This document shows, piece by piece, positions 1 to 9,264 of a DNA stretch of 64,000 nt (position 1 is its first letter; every line of letters starts with the position of its first letter). Under the pieces are notes generated by a model. That model did not search any database and had not been told where the DNA came from. It saw only the letters and a list, made by a program, of their open reading frames with translations. The position numbers were made by a program, and so were the translations under genes. The DNA comes from Arenicellales bacterium (GTDB taxonomy: Bacteria > Pseudomonadota > Gammaproteobacteria > Arenicellales > JAJDZL01), in NCBI GenBank assembly GCA_965243305.1, contig CBDEUN010000003.1:150286-214285 (forward strand), read 5' to 3'.

Positions 1-1712
1 AAATCAGAGAGATATTGAAAAAAACGCCCAATTCGGCATTCACCCAATGGGTGAATTCGAAACGGCTCTCAGATTTCGCAAGGCTTATGAAGATTCTACC
101 ATACAACACTGCGGCAAGCTGCCACAATTTCACCTCCAGAGCCGGTCTGGTGGTGCCAGCCGAACTGCTCAAGCGCCTTGAGCTGTCACAGCTCATTGAT
201 TCGTCAATGCCCACACCCGGCAGCAATCGAGGCTACCGGCACAGCGCCATTTTCAATACCTTCATGCTGATGTTCCACGAAGGTGCGGGGTGCATCGACG
301 ATGTGCGCCACCTGCGCAGTGAACCGGCGCTGATGAAGCTGTTGGGTTTTGGGACGATTCCCTGTGCCACGACGCTGGGTGGATGGCTTCACAGAGTCGG
401 CGACAGTCGACAGATGATCTCGGTTCTCGAGCAGGTCAACCGCGCGGTGATGAAAGCGACGCTGGGTGATCGAAAGTGCGTCACTTTGGACATTGACGCA
501 TCGGCGATTCGGTCGAAGAAAAAAGACGCGAAGTGGACGTATAAGAAGCATCGCGGGTACATGCCGATGTTCGGTCACATTGCCGAGACCGGTCAGGTGG
601 CTGCGGCTGAGCTTCGCGAGGGCAATGTGCCGCCTGGGGCTGAGAATGTTGAGTTTTTCCGGCGCTGCCGCGCGGCGCTGCCCGAAGGGGTGGGTGTCAC
701 TCGCTTCCGGGCCGATGCCGCCTCCTATCAGGCGGGCATCATCAATGATTGCCGCGCACACGGCATCCGTTTTGCGATTCGGGCGAAGATGGACAGTGCG
801 GTGAAGAAAACGGTACTGGACATTAAGGATGAGGATTGGAATGCGGTTGTGAATGCCGACGGTGCGGTATTGGAAGGCGAGTATCTGGCCCGTACGCTGC
901 ATGTGATGGAAGATGTGCCTGAGGCTTTCTGTCTGGTGGTGCAGAAAAAACGGGTGCGGGACAAGCTGCCGGCCGACGCTGGGATGCCTGACGGGACTGA
1001 GCAGCTGAAGATGGTTTTCAAAAATGAAGGCCTGCACCAGGTCGATGTGCAAAGTGCGGTCAGCGGCAGGTACATCTACCGGGCGATTGCGACCGATCTG
1101 GACCTGGACCGCTTCAGTGACGGCGAGATTGTATGGTGGTACAACCAGAGAGGGGACAGCTCGGAAAACCGGCTCAAGGAAATTCGCAGTGACTTCAGCG
1201 CGGCGCATCTGCCGTGCGGCGAGTTCAAAGCCAATGTCGCGTACCTGCTTCTGTCTTCGATTGCCTTCAATCTGCTTGCGCTGATGCGCATGAAACTGCC
1301 GCAGGAGTGGTATGGCGTGCGGGCGATCAGTTTCCGTCACCGACTGTATGCGATGGCCGGACAGGTGGTTCGCCATGCGCGGCAGTGGACCCTGAAAGTC
1401 AGTGCGGCCAAACTTCCTGTCCTGGAACAGTCGCTTTGGGCCATCCGCCGCTGCAGCCTGTCCTGACTTCTCATTCGTTCTGAAACGGCTTTACACTACA
1501 GATCATGGCAGTCAGTCTACTGTCAGGGACAGGCTTGCGCCGGATTTGCTGCTGAGCCGCCAGATTCGCTTCGCAGTGGGTTCAGCCGGGTAAAATGGTC
1601 ACCGATTTCGGTGTGTGGCTTGATGGTTTGGAAAATCCTGGCGCTTCGAACCGCCAGAGTGCCGAAAATCTCGCCTTAGCCGCCGCTGGCAGTCTCTAAC
1701 TGAGGATTAGGG
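1..1712 (+). mobile_element. IS1380-family insertion sequence, copy 1 (left 46 bp lie outside the window)
   Basis: Inverted copy of 38112-39823 (position 1 maps to 39823, 1712 to 38112); ends in the terminal sequence CTCTAACTGAGGATTAGGG. Confidence 0.9.
87..1466 (+). CDS. IS1380-family DDE transposase
   Basis: LDIDAS, RFRADAA and YNQRGDSSENRLKE motifs typical of IS1380 transposases. ATG at 87 (MKILPY...TSRAGL) preferred over the TTG at 15. Confidence 0.88.
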   Translation: MKILPYNTAASCHNFTSRAGLVVPAELLKRLELSQLIDSSMPTPGSNRGYRHSAIFNTFMLMFHEGAGCIDDVRHLRSEPALMKLLGFGTIPCATTLGGWLHRVGDSRQMISVLEQVNRAVMKATLGDRKCVTLDIDASAIRSKKKDAKWTYKKHRGYMPMFGHIAETGQVAAAELREGNVPPGAENVEFFRRCRAALPEGVGVTRFRADAASYQAGIINDCRAHGIRFAIRAKMDSAVKKTVLDIKDEDWNAVVNADGAVLEGEYLARTLHVMEDVPEAFCLVVQKKRVRDKLPADAGMPDGTEQLKMVFKNEGLHQVDVQSAVSGRYIYRAIATDLDLDRFSDGEIVWWYNQRGDSSENRLKEIRSDFSAAHLPCGEFKANVAYLLLSSIAFNLLALMRMKLPQEWYGVRAISFRHRLYAMAGQVVRHARQWTLKVSAAKLPVLEQSLWAIRRCSLS

Positions 1713-1875
1713 TGTTTGCGCACACGGTTGCATCGATGAGTACATCGGGTAAAATGTCCCTCTGACGACAAAGCTTAAAATTTAAATAGAACTGGCTGCC
1801 GTCCTGCCGGCATGTTTCCTTAGAAGCATACCGCGGAATAATAATGAACAACATCATATTCGTAGGGGAATATTC

Positions 1876-2149
1876 ATGCGAGATCCTTCTCATCCGCCTG
1901 AGAAGCGCCGCACCCGCAGCACTTGGCACAACGATTTTTTCTCAGGCCATTTTCGAACACCCGAATCCGTCTCATCCCTGCTGAAGCTGGCCTTAAGCCC
2001 GGAGGAGCTTGAGCTGTTTGACCTTGACACCCTGCGGGTGGAATCCGGCAACCTGACCGATCCAGCAACTCTTCGGGGCATTCACTCCGAGCTTGTCGCA
2101 TCGGTGAGACTGAAAGACGGCGAACAGCTTACGGTCAGCGTCGTTGTGG
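1876..2149 (+). pseudogene. Rpn/YhgA-like (PD-(D/E)XK nuclease, transposase_31-like) gene, 5' part, interrupted
   Basis: HNDFF..HF / LELFDLDTLRVES N-terminus typical of Rpn proteins; AGGGGA RBS; joins in frame to 4440 through the TTGTGG direct repeat. Confidence 0.8.
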
Positions 2150-2169
2150 TTATGTTAACTTCAACATAA
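2150..2169. repeat. Palindromic recombinase core-type site TTATGTT-aacttc-AACATAA
   Basis: 7-bp inverted arms with a 6-bp spacer at the left junction; the motif recurs at 2193, 2250, 4352 and 4409. Confidence 0.6.
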
Positions 2170-2174
2170 CGATC

Positions 2175-2238
2175 AACATGTTGCGAAGTGGATTATGTTG
2201 CGAATGCTCGGTATCTATCTGATTTGCAAGCCATGAAC
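2175..2238 (+). repeat. Left 64-bp inverted repeat of the RIT-like element
   Basis: Exact reverse complement of 4371-4434. Confidence 0.95.
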
Positions 2239-2267
2239 AAAAAAAATCGCAACATAATATTCTTCAC

Positions 2268-3272
2268 TCAGAGTGAATTTAGAAAAGCCATCAGTTTGGT
2301 GTCTGGTTTCCATGGCCGCGCTGATTCCTGCACCAGGGTGTCGCAGATCTGCATGGCTTGGCTTTTCATTTCCCAGTCAATCTGTACGTAGACATTGGTG
2401 GTCTCAAGGCTGACGTGGCCCAGCCAGGCTCGGATGGTATTCAGATCAACACCGGCACGAAGCAGTTGGCAGGCGCTGGAATGTCGAATGGAATGTGGCG
2501 TTACCTTACGGTTCGCCAGCGCTGGAACGGCTGCCGCACGCCGTTCCACCAGCCTGTAGATTCCGTAGCGGGTATATGCCTGGCCAAGCTGGCTGGTGAA
2601 CACCGGATCCTCGGGACGTCTGTTCTGAATCAGTCCGGCCAGTGTTTTTTCAGTCAGTTGCCAAAGCGGACACTGTCTGGTCCTGCCGCCTTTGCCATGG
2701 AGGGTGACCAGCGCGTCGCGTCCGTTGCCCTGATCGAGCTTCAGACTGCCGACTTTGAGCTGTGTCACCTCCGACACCCGGGCGCCGGTGTTATACAGAA
2801 AGAGCAGCAGTGCGTACTCCATCTGACTTCTCTGAGATCGGGCATCGGGCTTGCCGATCAGGGCTTCCATCTCTTCCTTGTTCAGCCATGACAGGGGCAG
2901 CGGCTGCGTTTTCTTGGTCGCAATCGAGCGGATTGATGTGGCCCACTCGACAAACTGAGGCTCGCGGCTGCTGACGTAGCGGGCGAATGTGCGGATGGCG
3001 CTAAGTCTCAGATTGCGGGTCTGTACCGTACAACCCCGTTCGTTTTCGATGTGATTCAGAAATTCCAGAACCCGTGCACTCGCGATGTCCTGAATCAAAA
3101 GCCGTTCTATGGGTTTTCGAGCCTTGGTTTTGATGAAGGGCAGTAGCAGACGGAAGGTGTCGCGATAGCTGTTCCTGGTATTGACTGCAAGATTGCGTTC
3201 CGTCACAATGTATTCGGTAAAGAATCGCCGCAGCCAGGGCCCCAGTTTGGCTTGTTGATTGACGTCATTCAT
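2268..3272 (-). CDS. Tyrosine recombinase (RitC-like), apparently intact
   Basis: TGARVSE (R), GKGGR (K), HSIRH (HxxR), LGH and TNVY (Y). Start ATG 3272 overlaps the upstream stop (ATGAATGA). Confidence 0.9.
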   Translation of the reverse strand: MNDVNQQAKLGPWLRRFFTEYIVTERNLAVNTRNSYRDTFRLLLPFIKTKARKPIERLLIQDIASARVLEFLNHIENERGCTVQTRNLRLSAIRTFARYVSSREPQFVEWATSIRSIATKKTQPLPLSWLNKEEMEALIGKPDARSQRSQMEYALLLFLYNTGARVSEVTQLKVGSLKLDQGNGRDALVTLHGKGGRTRQCPLWQLTEKTLAGLIQNRRPEDPVFTSQLGQAYTRYGIYRLVERRAAAVPALANRKVTPHSIRHSSACQLLRAGVDLNTIRAWLGHVSLETTNVYVQIDWEMKSQAMQICDTLVQESARPWKPDTKLMAFLNSL

Positions 3273-3867
3273 GCCGGTCACCGTTGACATAGTGGTTGAA
3301 ACGGGAGGAGGCCTGCTGCAGCAGTTCAGGCGTCATGGACAGATACACCTGTGTCCCGTTGAGATTTTTGTGGCCCAGATAGGTTGACAGCAGTGGTAGC
3401 AGCTGCTGCACATCAGCTCCCTGCTGATACCAGGCGGTGAGTCGATGGACCGCGAACGTGTGCCTCAGACACTTTAGCATCGGACACTGGTATCCTGGTC
3501 CGTTTGCGCTGATTCCAGCAGCTTTGCGCAATCGGGCAAAGGCGAAGATCACGTTCGCCTGAGTCAGCGGCGATCCATCTCGATAGGCCAGAAAGGCTGA
3601 GTCTTCGCCGCTGGGAAATGGCCGTTGGCTGCGTACATTGATGTAGTAGGCTTTGAGCGCCTCATTCAAACGGGCGCTGACCGGTACCAGTCGGTTCTTG
3701 TAGAATTTGGTGTCTCGCACGGTGAGCACAGCATCGTCAAGATCAACATCTTCAAGGGTCAGAAAGCGAGCCTCTCTCACGCGCAGTCCGGTGCCGTAGA
3801 GCACCAGAAGAAACATGCGAAAGGTCTCGCCATCCAGCTTTGGACAATAGTTGAGACGATGAAACAA
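3265..3867 (-). pseudogene. Tyrosine recombinase (RitB-like), C-terminal catalytic half only
   Basis: YGTGLRVRE, TKFYKNRLVP, LRHTFAVHRL..WY, LSTYLGH...TQVY; N-terminal binding domain missing. Confidence 0.8.
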
Positions 3868-4295
3868 ATGCGGGTAACGTATCGATCAGACCAGCCACGT
3901 TCCCTGAAAGCATAACGTTTGAATGCCTGCAGTTCGGCATCAAACTTGTGGCGGGGCTTCGATTCAGCCAGCTGATCAATGAAACGCAGCCAGCGCAGCG
4001 AGTGATGAATGTAGCGGCGTTCATAGATGCCGGGGGACTGCGTACGGTTGCAACGTCTGATCGACTTCTGCCACTGCCTCGCCGCCTGCTCGACCTGATC
4101 ACGATGAACCAGGACACCAGCCTTTAAATCCAGACTGTTGACCAGATTCAACTGGTAATATGCGATGGAACGCAATGAATTGAGTTTGCCGCCGCACTCG
4201 GCCCAATAGGAAAGATAGCGAGTGCGTTCGTCCAGTAGCGGTGCCGACTGATACCTGTCAATGGCACGAGGACAGGAAAAGATTGTTGCGTACAT
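3777..4295 (-). pseudogene. Tyrosine recombinase (RitA-like), N-terminal half only
   Basis: AAAGGAG RBS then MYATIF...APLLDERTRYL...ERGWS, resembling RitA N-termini; no catalytic domain, runs out of frame into the RitB fragment near 3840. Confidence 0.7.
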
Positions 4296-4370
4296 GATAA
4301 GTTCTCCTTTGAAATGGAAAAACCACCATGATCGCACAAACCGTTTGAAAATTATGTTGACAAAATGTCA

Positions 4371-4434
4371 GTTCATGGCTTGCAAATCAGATAGATACCG
4401 AGCATTCGCAACATAATCCACTTCGCAACATGTT
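4371..4434 (-). repeat. Right 64-bp inverted repeat of the RIT-like element
   Basis: Exact reverse complement of 2175-2238. Confidence 0.95.
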
Positions 4435-5113
4435 TGTGGAACATAAAAGTCATCCGTACAGTCAGGTGATGTCGCAGATACTGTGGTATGTTGCCAGGCT
4501 GTATAAGGATGGTGCCAGGATTGTGCTGCCGATTCTGATATACCATGGTCGCAAGCCCTGGCGCAGGAAGAAGAGTTTTCATACGTTTCAGCATGCCAGC
4601 CTGCCGGGGGAGTTTATGGCGTGTTTTGGTCAGAGGCTGGTGGATTTTGAGGCGATTGAGTTGAGTCTGCGCGAACCGGGAATAGAGGGACGTCTGTCGG
4701 AGTTACCGCTGGTGGAGAGAGTGGTGTTGCGGGTGATGTCAGAGATATGGGAAGCCGATGCGAGCGACTATGCGCAGTGGATGGATGAGATTCGGGAGTT
4801 GCCGCACAGTCAGCAGCGCGAGTTGTCGGCGAGTTTGAGGGAGTATTTTGTGAATGTCAGCAAAGTGAATAAAATGACGGTTGTACGCGAGGTGAGGAAG
4901 ATGCACCCGGGAGATGAATATATGCAGTACGAATTGGAACTATTGGAAGATTTGACGAATGAGACGGTCGACTCTGCCGCTAAAAAAGGCCGAAATGCAG
5001 CGGTTATTGAATTTGCAAAACGGTTGATTCAGCTTGGTTCTTCGGATGAATTTATTCAAGCGGCCACGCTGTTGTCTGCGGAGGAAATTTCAAAAATCAA
5101 GAACGGCACCTGA
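4434..5113 (+). pseudogene. Rpn/YhgA-like gene, 3' part
   Basis: VEHKS...QILWY...LPILIYHG..PW and the C-terminal AKRLIQLG...IQAATLLSAEEI motif typical of Rpn proteins. Confidence 0.85.
4922..5113 (+). CDS. Putative internally translated small Rpn C-terminal protein (RpnS-like antitoxin), 63 aa
   Basis: In-frame ATG 4922 preceded by GGGAGA (4909-4914) with a 7-nt spacer; covers the C-terminal helical domain. Confidence 0.45.
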   Translation: MQYELELLEDLTNETVDSAAKKGRNAAVIEFAKRLIQLGSSDEFIQAATLLSAEEISKIKNGT

Positions 5114-5255
5114 TTGCAAGATGGGCGTCGTGCCAAAGTTTGGTTCTCTGGAAGTAGTTCGTTTTTGTCTGTAACAACGAAAATGGCGATTGAATGGTGC
5201 ATAGAATCAGACTACAACCCCGATGCAAATTGATAACAATCGGAAATTGAAGCCA

Positions 5256-5843
5256 TCACTCCAATAATCTTCTGACTTTCTTCCGAGAGACGCTGCGAAT
5301 TGGCTTACCATTAACCAAACTTAGCGGTGGATAAGGCATCTCCGGCAAGAAGCAGAAAAGTTCAACATCTACTTCAGCAACAGTCCACTCGAAGCCTGGA
5401 ATATTTTCAAAACGCTTGCCTGCAAATCGCTTGCGCTTCTCAAATTGATCATACGGTACCTCCGCTTCACACAGCAACACACAAACTTCTTCAACCGTTG
5501 AGGGAAAGACGTGAACTTCAACTGGCCTGACTGATGTAATTACACCAGTTACCGCCGCACCGGTAAGCTTTGGTGAGTACTCCGAAACCAAATCCATAAT
5601 TGACAACGCTGTTTCCAGGTACCGCTTATGCTCGACATCCCTGTTAGTTGTAAAAATCGATAACTGTTCCTCAAGAGCATTCTCAATTTCCAGGTTGGTT
5701 GGAATTGATCGATGTGTCGAAACACCGAGCCTTGAACAGGCTTTTTCCTTTGCTATTCGAAAATCGCGAACTCCCTCATCCGCCATGATGCGTGCAGCTT
5801 CATAGCGTAGCGAACGGCGCAAACGACTTGCTGACTTTGGCAC
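5256..5843 (-). CDS. Conserved hypothetical protein (nucleotidyltransferase-like fold)
   Basis: EAARIMADEG.RDF..AK.KA..RLG N-terminus and P.LTGAAV.G motif of a widespread proteobacterial family. Confidence 0.7.
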   Translation of the reverse strand: MPKSASRLRRSLRYEAARIMADEGVRDFRIAKEKACSRLGVSTHRSIPTNLEIENALEEQLSIFTTNRDVEHKRYLETALSIMDLVSEYSPKLTGAAVTGVITSVRPVEVHVFPSTVEEVCVLLCEAEVPYDQFEKRKRFAGKRFENIPGFEWTVAEVDVELFCFLPEMPYPPLSLVNGKPIRSVSRKKVRRLLE

Positions 5844-5863
5844 GATGAAACTGTGCAGGTGAG

Positions 5864-8311
5864 TTAAAAAAGTTGGCTTTCGGCTGATTCTTCAGCGGCA
5901 TCTGGTTGTTGAGATGCTTCAGGATTCAGACTGACGTGAGCAATATCCAGTAACGGCTGAGTTCCAGCAATAAATGTCTCCTGGAGTGCATCAGAGCTAT
6001 CTTCAGGTACAGCTTCTCCAGTATTTACATCGATAAACTGTGTGACTATGTTGTCTGGAGGCTCTAGAGGCGATTCCGGCACATTCTCCAACGCCGTTTT
6101 CATGTAGTCTATCCAGATCGGAAGTGCCAATCCGGAACCGTGTTCATTCCGACCCAAATCAGCTGGCTTATCAAATCCGACCCAGACAGTGGTGGCGATA
6201 TCAGCGTTGAAGCCGGAATACCACGCATCCTCAAAATCATTGGTGGTGCCGGTTTTTCCGGCAAGATCTGCACGATTGAGCGACAGGGCCCGACGTCCGG
6301 TTCCTTCCCGAACTACACCGCGTAAAAGATCGGTCATGATGTATGCATTAGCGCTGGAAATTACCCTTTCGGCGCGCTTGACAGGAGTTTGAGAAAGTGA
6401 CTCCAAATTCTCGTTTTCTGAATCCAATTGAAAAAGACAACCGCTGCAAACCTCTGTGGTCTTACCGCGCAATACAACCATGTCATGCTGGTCTTTAACA
6501 ATATCAATATAGTAAGGTTCAACGACATGACCGCCATTGGCAAACACTGCAAAGCCAGTAACTACATTCAACGGAGTTTCCTCCGCTGAACCCAGCGCGA
6601 GAGAAAACCCAATTGGAAGCGAAGTTCGATCAAATCCAAATTTTGTAATGTGATTGATGGTCGTATCTATACCCAAACCTCGTATCAGTCGAACCGAAAC
6701 CAGATTCAACGATCTTGCAAGCGCTTCCCGTAAGCGTGTTTCCCCCGTGAACTTGCCGCTATAGTTTTGCGGTCGCCACAATATTTCAGATTGTTGATCT
6801 TCGACCACAATTGGAGCACCGCTGATCAAACTTGCTGAAGTAAACCCGTTGTCAATTGCCGCAGAGTACACAAAAGGCTTGATTGAGGATCCCATCAGAC
6901 GCTTGCCCTGAGTCGCGCGATTGAACTTATCCAGGTAGTAGTCGAAACCACCCACCATCGCTAAAACGGCACCATTTTTAGGATCAATTGAGATGATCGC
7001 ACCGTTCACGTCGGGAATTTGCACCAACGTCCAGCCAGTGTCTTCAACCAGTCGTGCGAACACAATATCGCCGAGATCAAGTACATCGCTCGGAGTTTGA
7101 GGTTTTGGACCAAGCTGGCGAGCGGACTGATAGCGCCTCGCCCACTGCATATTCTCCCATTGAATGGTAATCGTCTCGAAAGACTTGTCTACTGCAGTTA
7201 CACGGTCCTCGTGCACCTCTGTAATGATTACGGGAATGATGTCTTGGCTGGGTTCAATATGTCGCAGTACATCGTAGATCTGTTCTGCTGTTCCCAGCTG
7301 ATCAAGATCCCAATTTCGAATTGGGCCGCGAAAACCATGACGCCGGTCGTATTGAATCAATCCCTCACGCAGACTCTGACTAGCCGCCAATTGATTTGTG
7401 GAAATGATTGTCGAATAGACGCTATACCCGTCTTCGTAAGCCGCCTCACCGAAACGATCAAACATCTCTCTTCTAATCTGTTCAGCGACATAAGGTGCTT
7501 TCAATTCCACTTCAGAAATGTGCAGTTCCGCTGTCAGTGATGATTCGACGTAGTCACTGAATTCGGTCAGAGAAACAAATCCCAAATCTCGCATGCGACC
7601 GAGTATGTAATCGCGCCTTGTTTTAGCATCTTTCGGATTGCTTAACGGATTAACACTAGATGGTGCTTTCGGCAATGCTGCAAGCATCGCATACTGAGGA
7701 ATTTCAAGTTCACCAAGCGGTTTGCCATAATAGACATTTGCCGCCGCACCGAATCCGTAAGCACGGTGTCCAAGAAATATTTTGTTTAGATACAGCTCCA
7801 GAATTTCATCTTTGGTCAGGTACTGCTCCAACCGAAGAGCAAGTAGAGCCTCCCGTGCTTTACGAAGATAAGTTCTCTCTTTTGTCAGGTAGTAATTCCG
7901 AGCAACCTGCATGGTAATCGTGCTGGCGCCTTGTGCTCTGCTGCCGGAAACGAAGTTGGCGTACATTGCACGCAACACACCGCGATAGTCAACACCGGCA
8001 TGCTGATAATATCGATCATCCTCCGCAGAGAGCACCGCGGCAATCAGTGCCGGTGGTGTGTCGGCAATCTTGATGGGAATTCGCCGCTGGTCACCAAATT
8101 CTCCGAGTAAAAGCCCGTCGCTCGAATAGATGCGAAGCGGCACCTTGAGTTGCAGAGTTTTGATTGTCTCTATGTCCGGTAATCCGGGCACTAATAACAT
8201 TACCACAATGACAACCACAGCCAGCGCCATCATGAACAGATTGCTGAACGTGCTCAAAGCAATGGAAATAACTCTGGCTGCGCCATGCCTTTTGTGCGCT
8301 TTCACGAACAT
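5864..8311 (-). CDS. mrcA: Penicillin-binding protein 1A
   Basis: Transglycosylase motifs EDDRYY.H.GVD, GASTITMQVARN, RKARE; transpeptidase SSIK, SLN, KTG. Confidence 0.95.
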   Translation of the reverse strand: MFVKAHKRHGAARVISIALSTFSNLFMMALAVVVIVVMLLVPGLPDIETIKTLQLKVPLRIYSSDGLLLGEFGDQRRIPIKIADTPPALIAAVLSAEDDRYYQHAGVDYRGVLRAMYANFVSGSRAQGASTITMQVARNYYLTKERTYLRKAREALLALRLEQYLTKDEILELYLNKIFLGHRAYGFGAAANVYYGKPLGELEIPQYAMLAALPKAPSSVNPLSNPKDAKTRRDYILGRMRDLGFVSLTEFSDYVESSLTAELHISEVELKAPYVAEQIRREMFDRFGEAAYEDGYSVYSTIISTNQLAASQSLREGLIQYDRRHGFRGPIRNWDLDQLGTAEQIYDVLRHIEPSQDIIPVIITEVHEDRVTAVDKSFETITIQWENMQWARRYQSARQLGPKPQTPSDVLDLGDIVFARLVEDTGWTLVQIPDVNGAIISIDPKNGAVLAMVGGFDYYLDKFNRATQGKRLMGSSIKPFVYSAAIDNGFTSASLISGAPIVVEDQQSEILWRPQNYSGKFTGETRLREALARSLNLVSVRLIRGLGIDTTINHITKFGFDRTSLPIGFSLALGSAEETPLNVVTGFAVFANGGHVVEPYYIDIVKDQHDMVVLRGKTTEVCSGCLFQLDSENENLESLSQTPVKRAERVISSANAYIMTDLLRGVVREGTGRRALSLNRADLAGKTGTTNDFEDAWYSGFNADIATTVWVGFDKPADLGRNEHGSGLALPIWIDYMKTALENVPESPLEPPDNIVTQFIDVNTGEAVPEDSSDALQETFIAGTQPLLDIAHVSLNPEASQQPDAAEESAESQLF

Positions 8312-8491
8312 CCACCTTACTCCGTTAAATTTGCCAAAGTTCTGACATGAATAATACTACGAAGTACCCGACCGATACCGATAGGGATTTAATTTTTTTT
8401 GGCAAAGATCATTCTTTAGAACATTGTAAAAATGGGATCAATGCGTCTAGAGTCACAAATTTTTAACACTGTGCTCTTCGGACTCTCGGTG

Positions 8492-8980
8492 TCAGTTCTT
8501 TTTTATGCGAAATTTCGAGTGACAAGCACGACAACCTTCTTCACCCATTTGCTTGACTGCTGTCGATATTTGAGCTTCATCTTCGGACGAGAATGCAGCT
8601 TTCAAACCCGTTCCAAGATCGACCAACCGCTCCGAAGCAGATGTAAAGTCATCCCATTTTTCCCAGATGATTGGCTTCGCCTGACTCTCTTTGTTGTGGT
8701 TCAATCCGGTATCTGGCGGAAAGTGTGATGGAAGTTCTGGGGCCAGTTCGATGATTCTGGTCGCTTTTTGGACTAAATCCGCTAAATCACCCTCACCCCG
8801 TTTCACAAACTTTCCGAACGCCTTCATGATGTCGCCAAGTTCATTCATGTAAACATGGCGTTTCTCGTAAACCGGACCACCGCCATGAGCATACGCTGAA
8901 TTACTCACAGCTAGAGAAATTAAAGCAACCAATATTGCAAAAATAGTTGATTTGAAATTTGAAGGTTTGTAATCACACAT
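8492..8980 (-). CDS. Cytochrome c'/c556-like class II cytochrome c
   Basis: Signal peptide (AYA/H), A.P.IW..WDDF motif and C-terminal CRACH heme motif. Confidence 0.85.
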   Translation of the reverse strand: MCDYKPSNFKSTIFAILVALISLAVSNSAYAHGGGPVYEKRHVYMNELGDIMKAFGKFVKRGEGDLADLVQKATRIIELAPELPSHFPPDTGLNHNKESQAKPIIWEKWDDFTSASERLVDLGTGLKAAFSSEDEAQISTAVKQMGEEGCRACHSKFRIKKN

Positions 8981-9264
8981 AGAATTGTCTATTTATCAGC
9001 AAGTGACCTGCTAATCGACAGTATGTCTCACTCTGATCTGTCATTCGCACTCTTCGATTATCGAAGTACAACGAAATCGGTTAGAAAAGATTCTATTAAT
9101 TTAATTTTAATTGCTACAGTTTGATCAGAAGTCGTTAACAAACGGATTCACTTGAACACCATTATTTACTTAACGAATAAAATGGCTGGATACGTGTCCT
9201 GCAATACGACTCGTATTGATCAATTCGACCCACTTGATTAATCTGCATTGAATTAATTACCGCC

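Larger units (their letters stand above)
2150..4433 (-). mobile_element. RIT-like (recombinase-in-trio) element with internal deletion
   Basis: Three co-oriented tyrosine-recombinase ORFs or fragments, 64-bp perfect inverted repeats, TTGTGG direct repeat at 2144-2149 and 4434-4439. Confidence 0.8.

Noticed and set aside
204-1376. 390-aa antisense ORF inside IS1380 (and its twin at 38448-39620)
   Set aside because: Shadow frame of the transposase; no recognisable motifs
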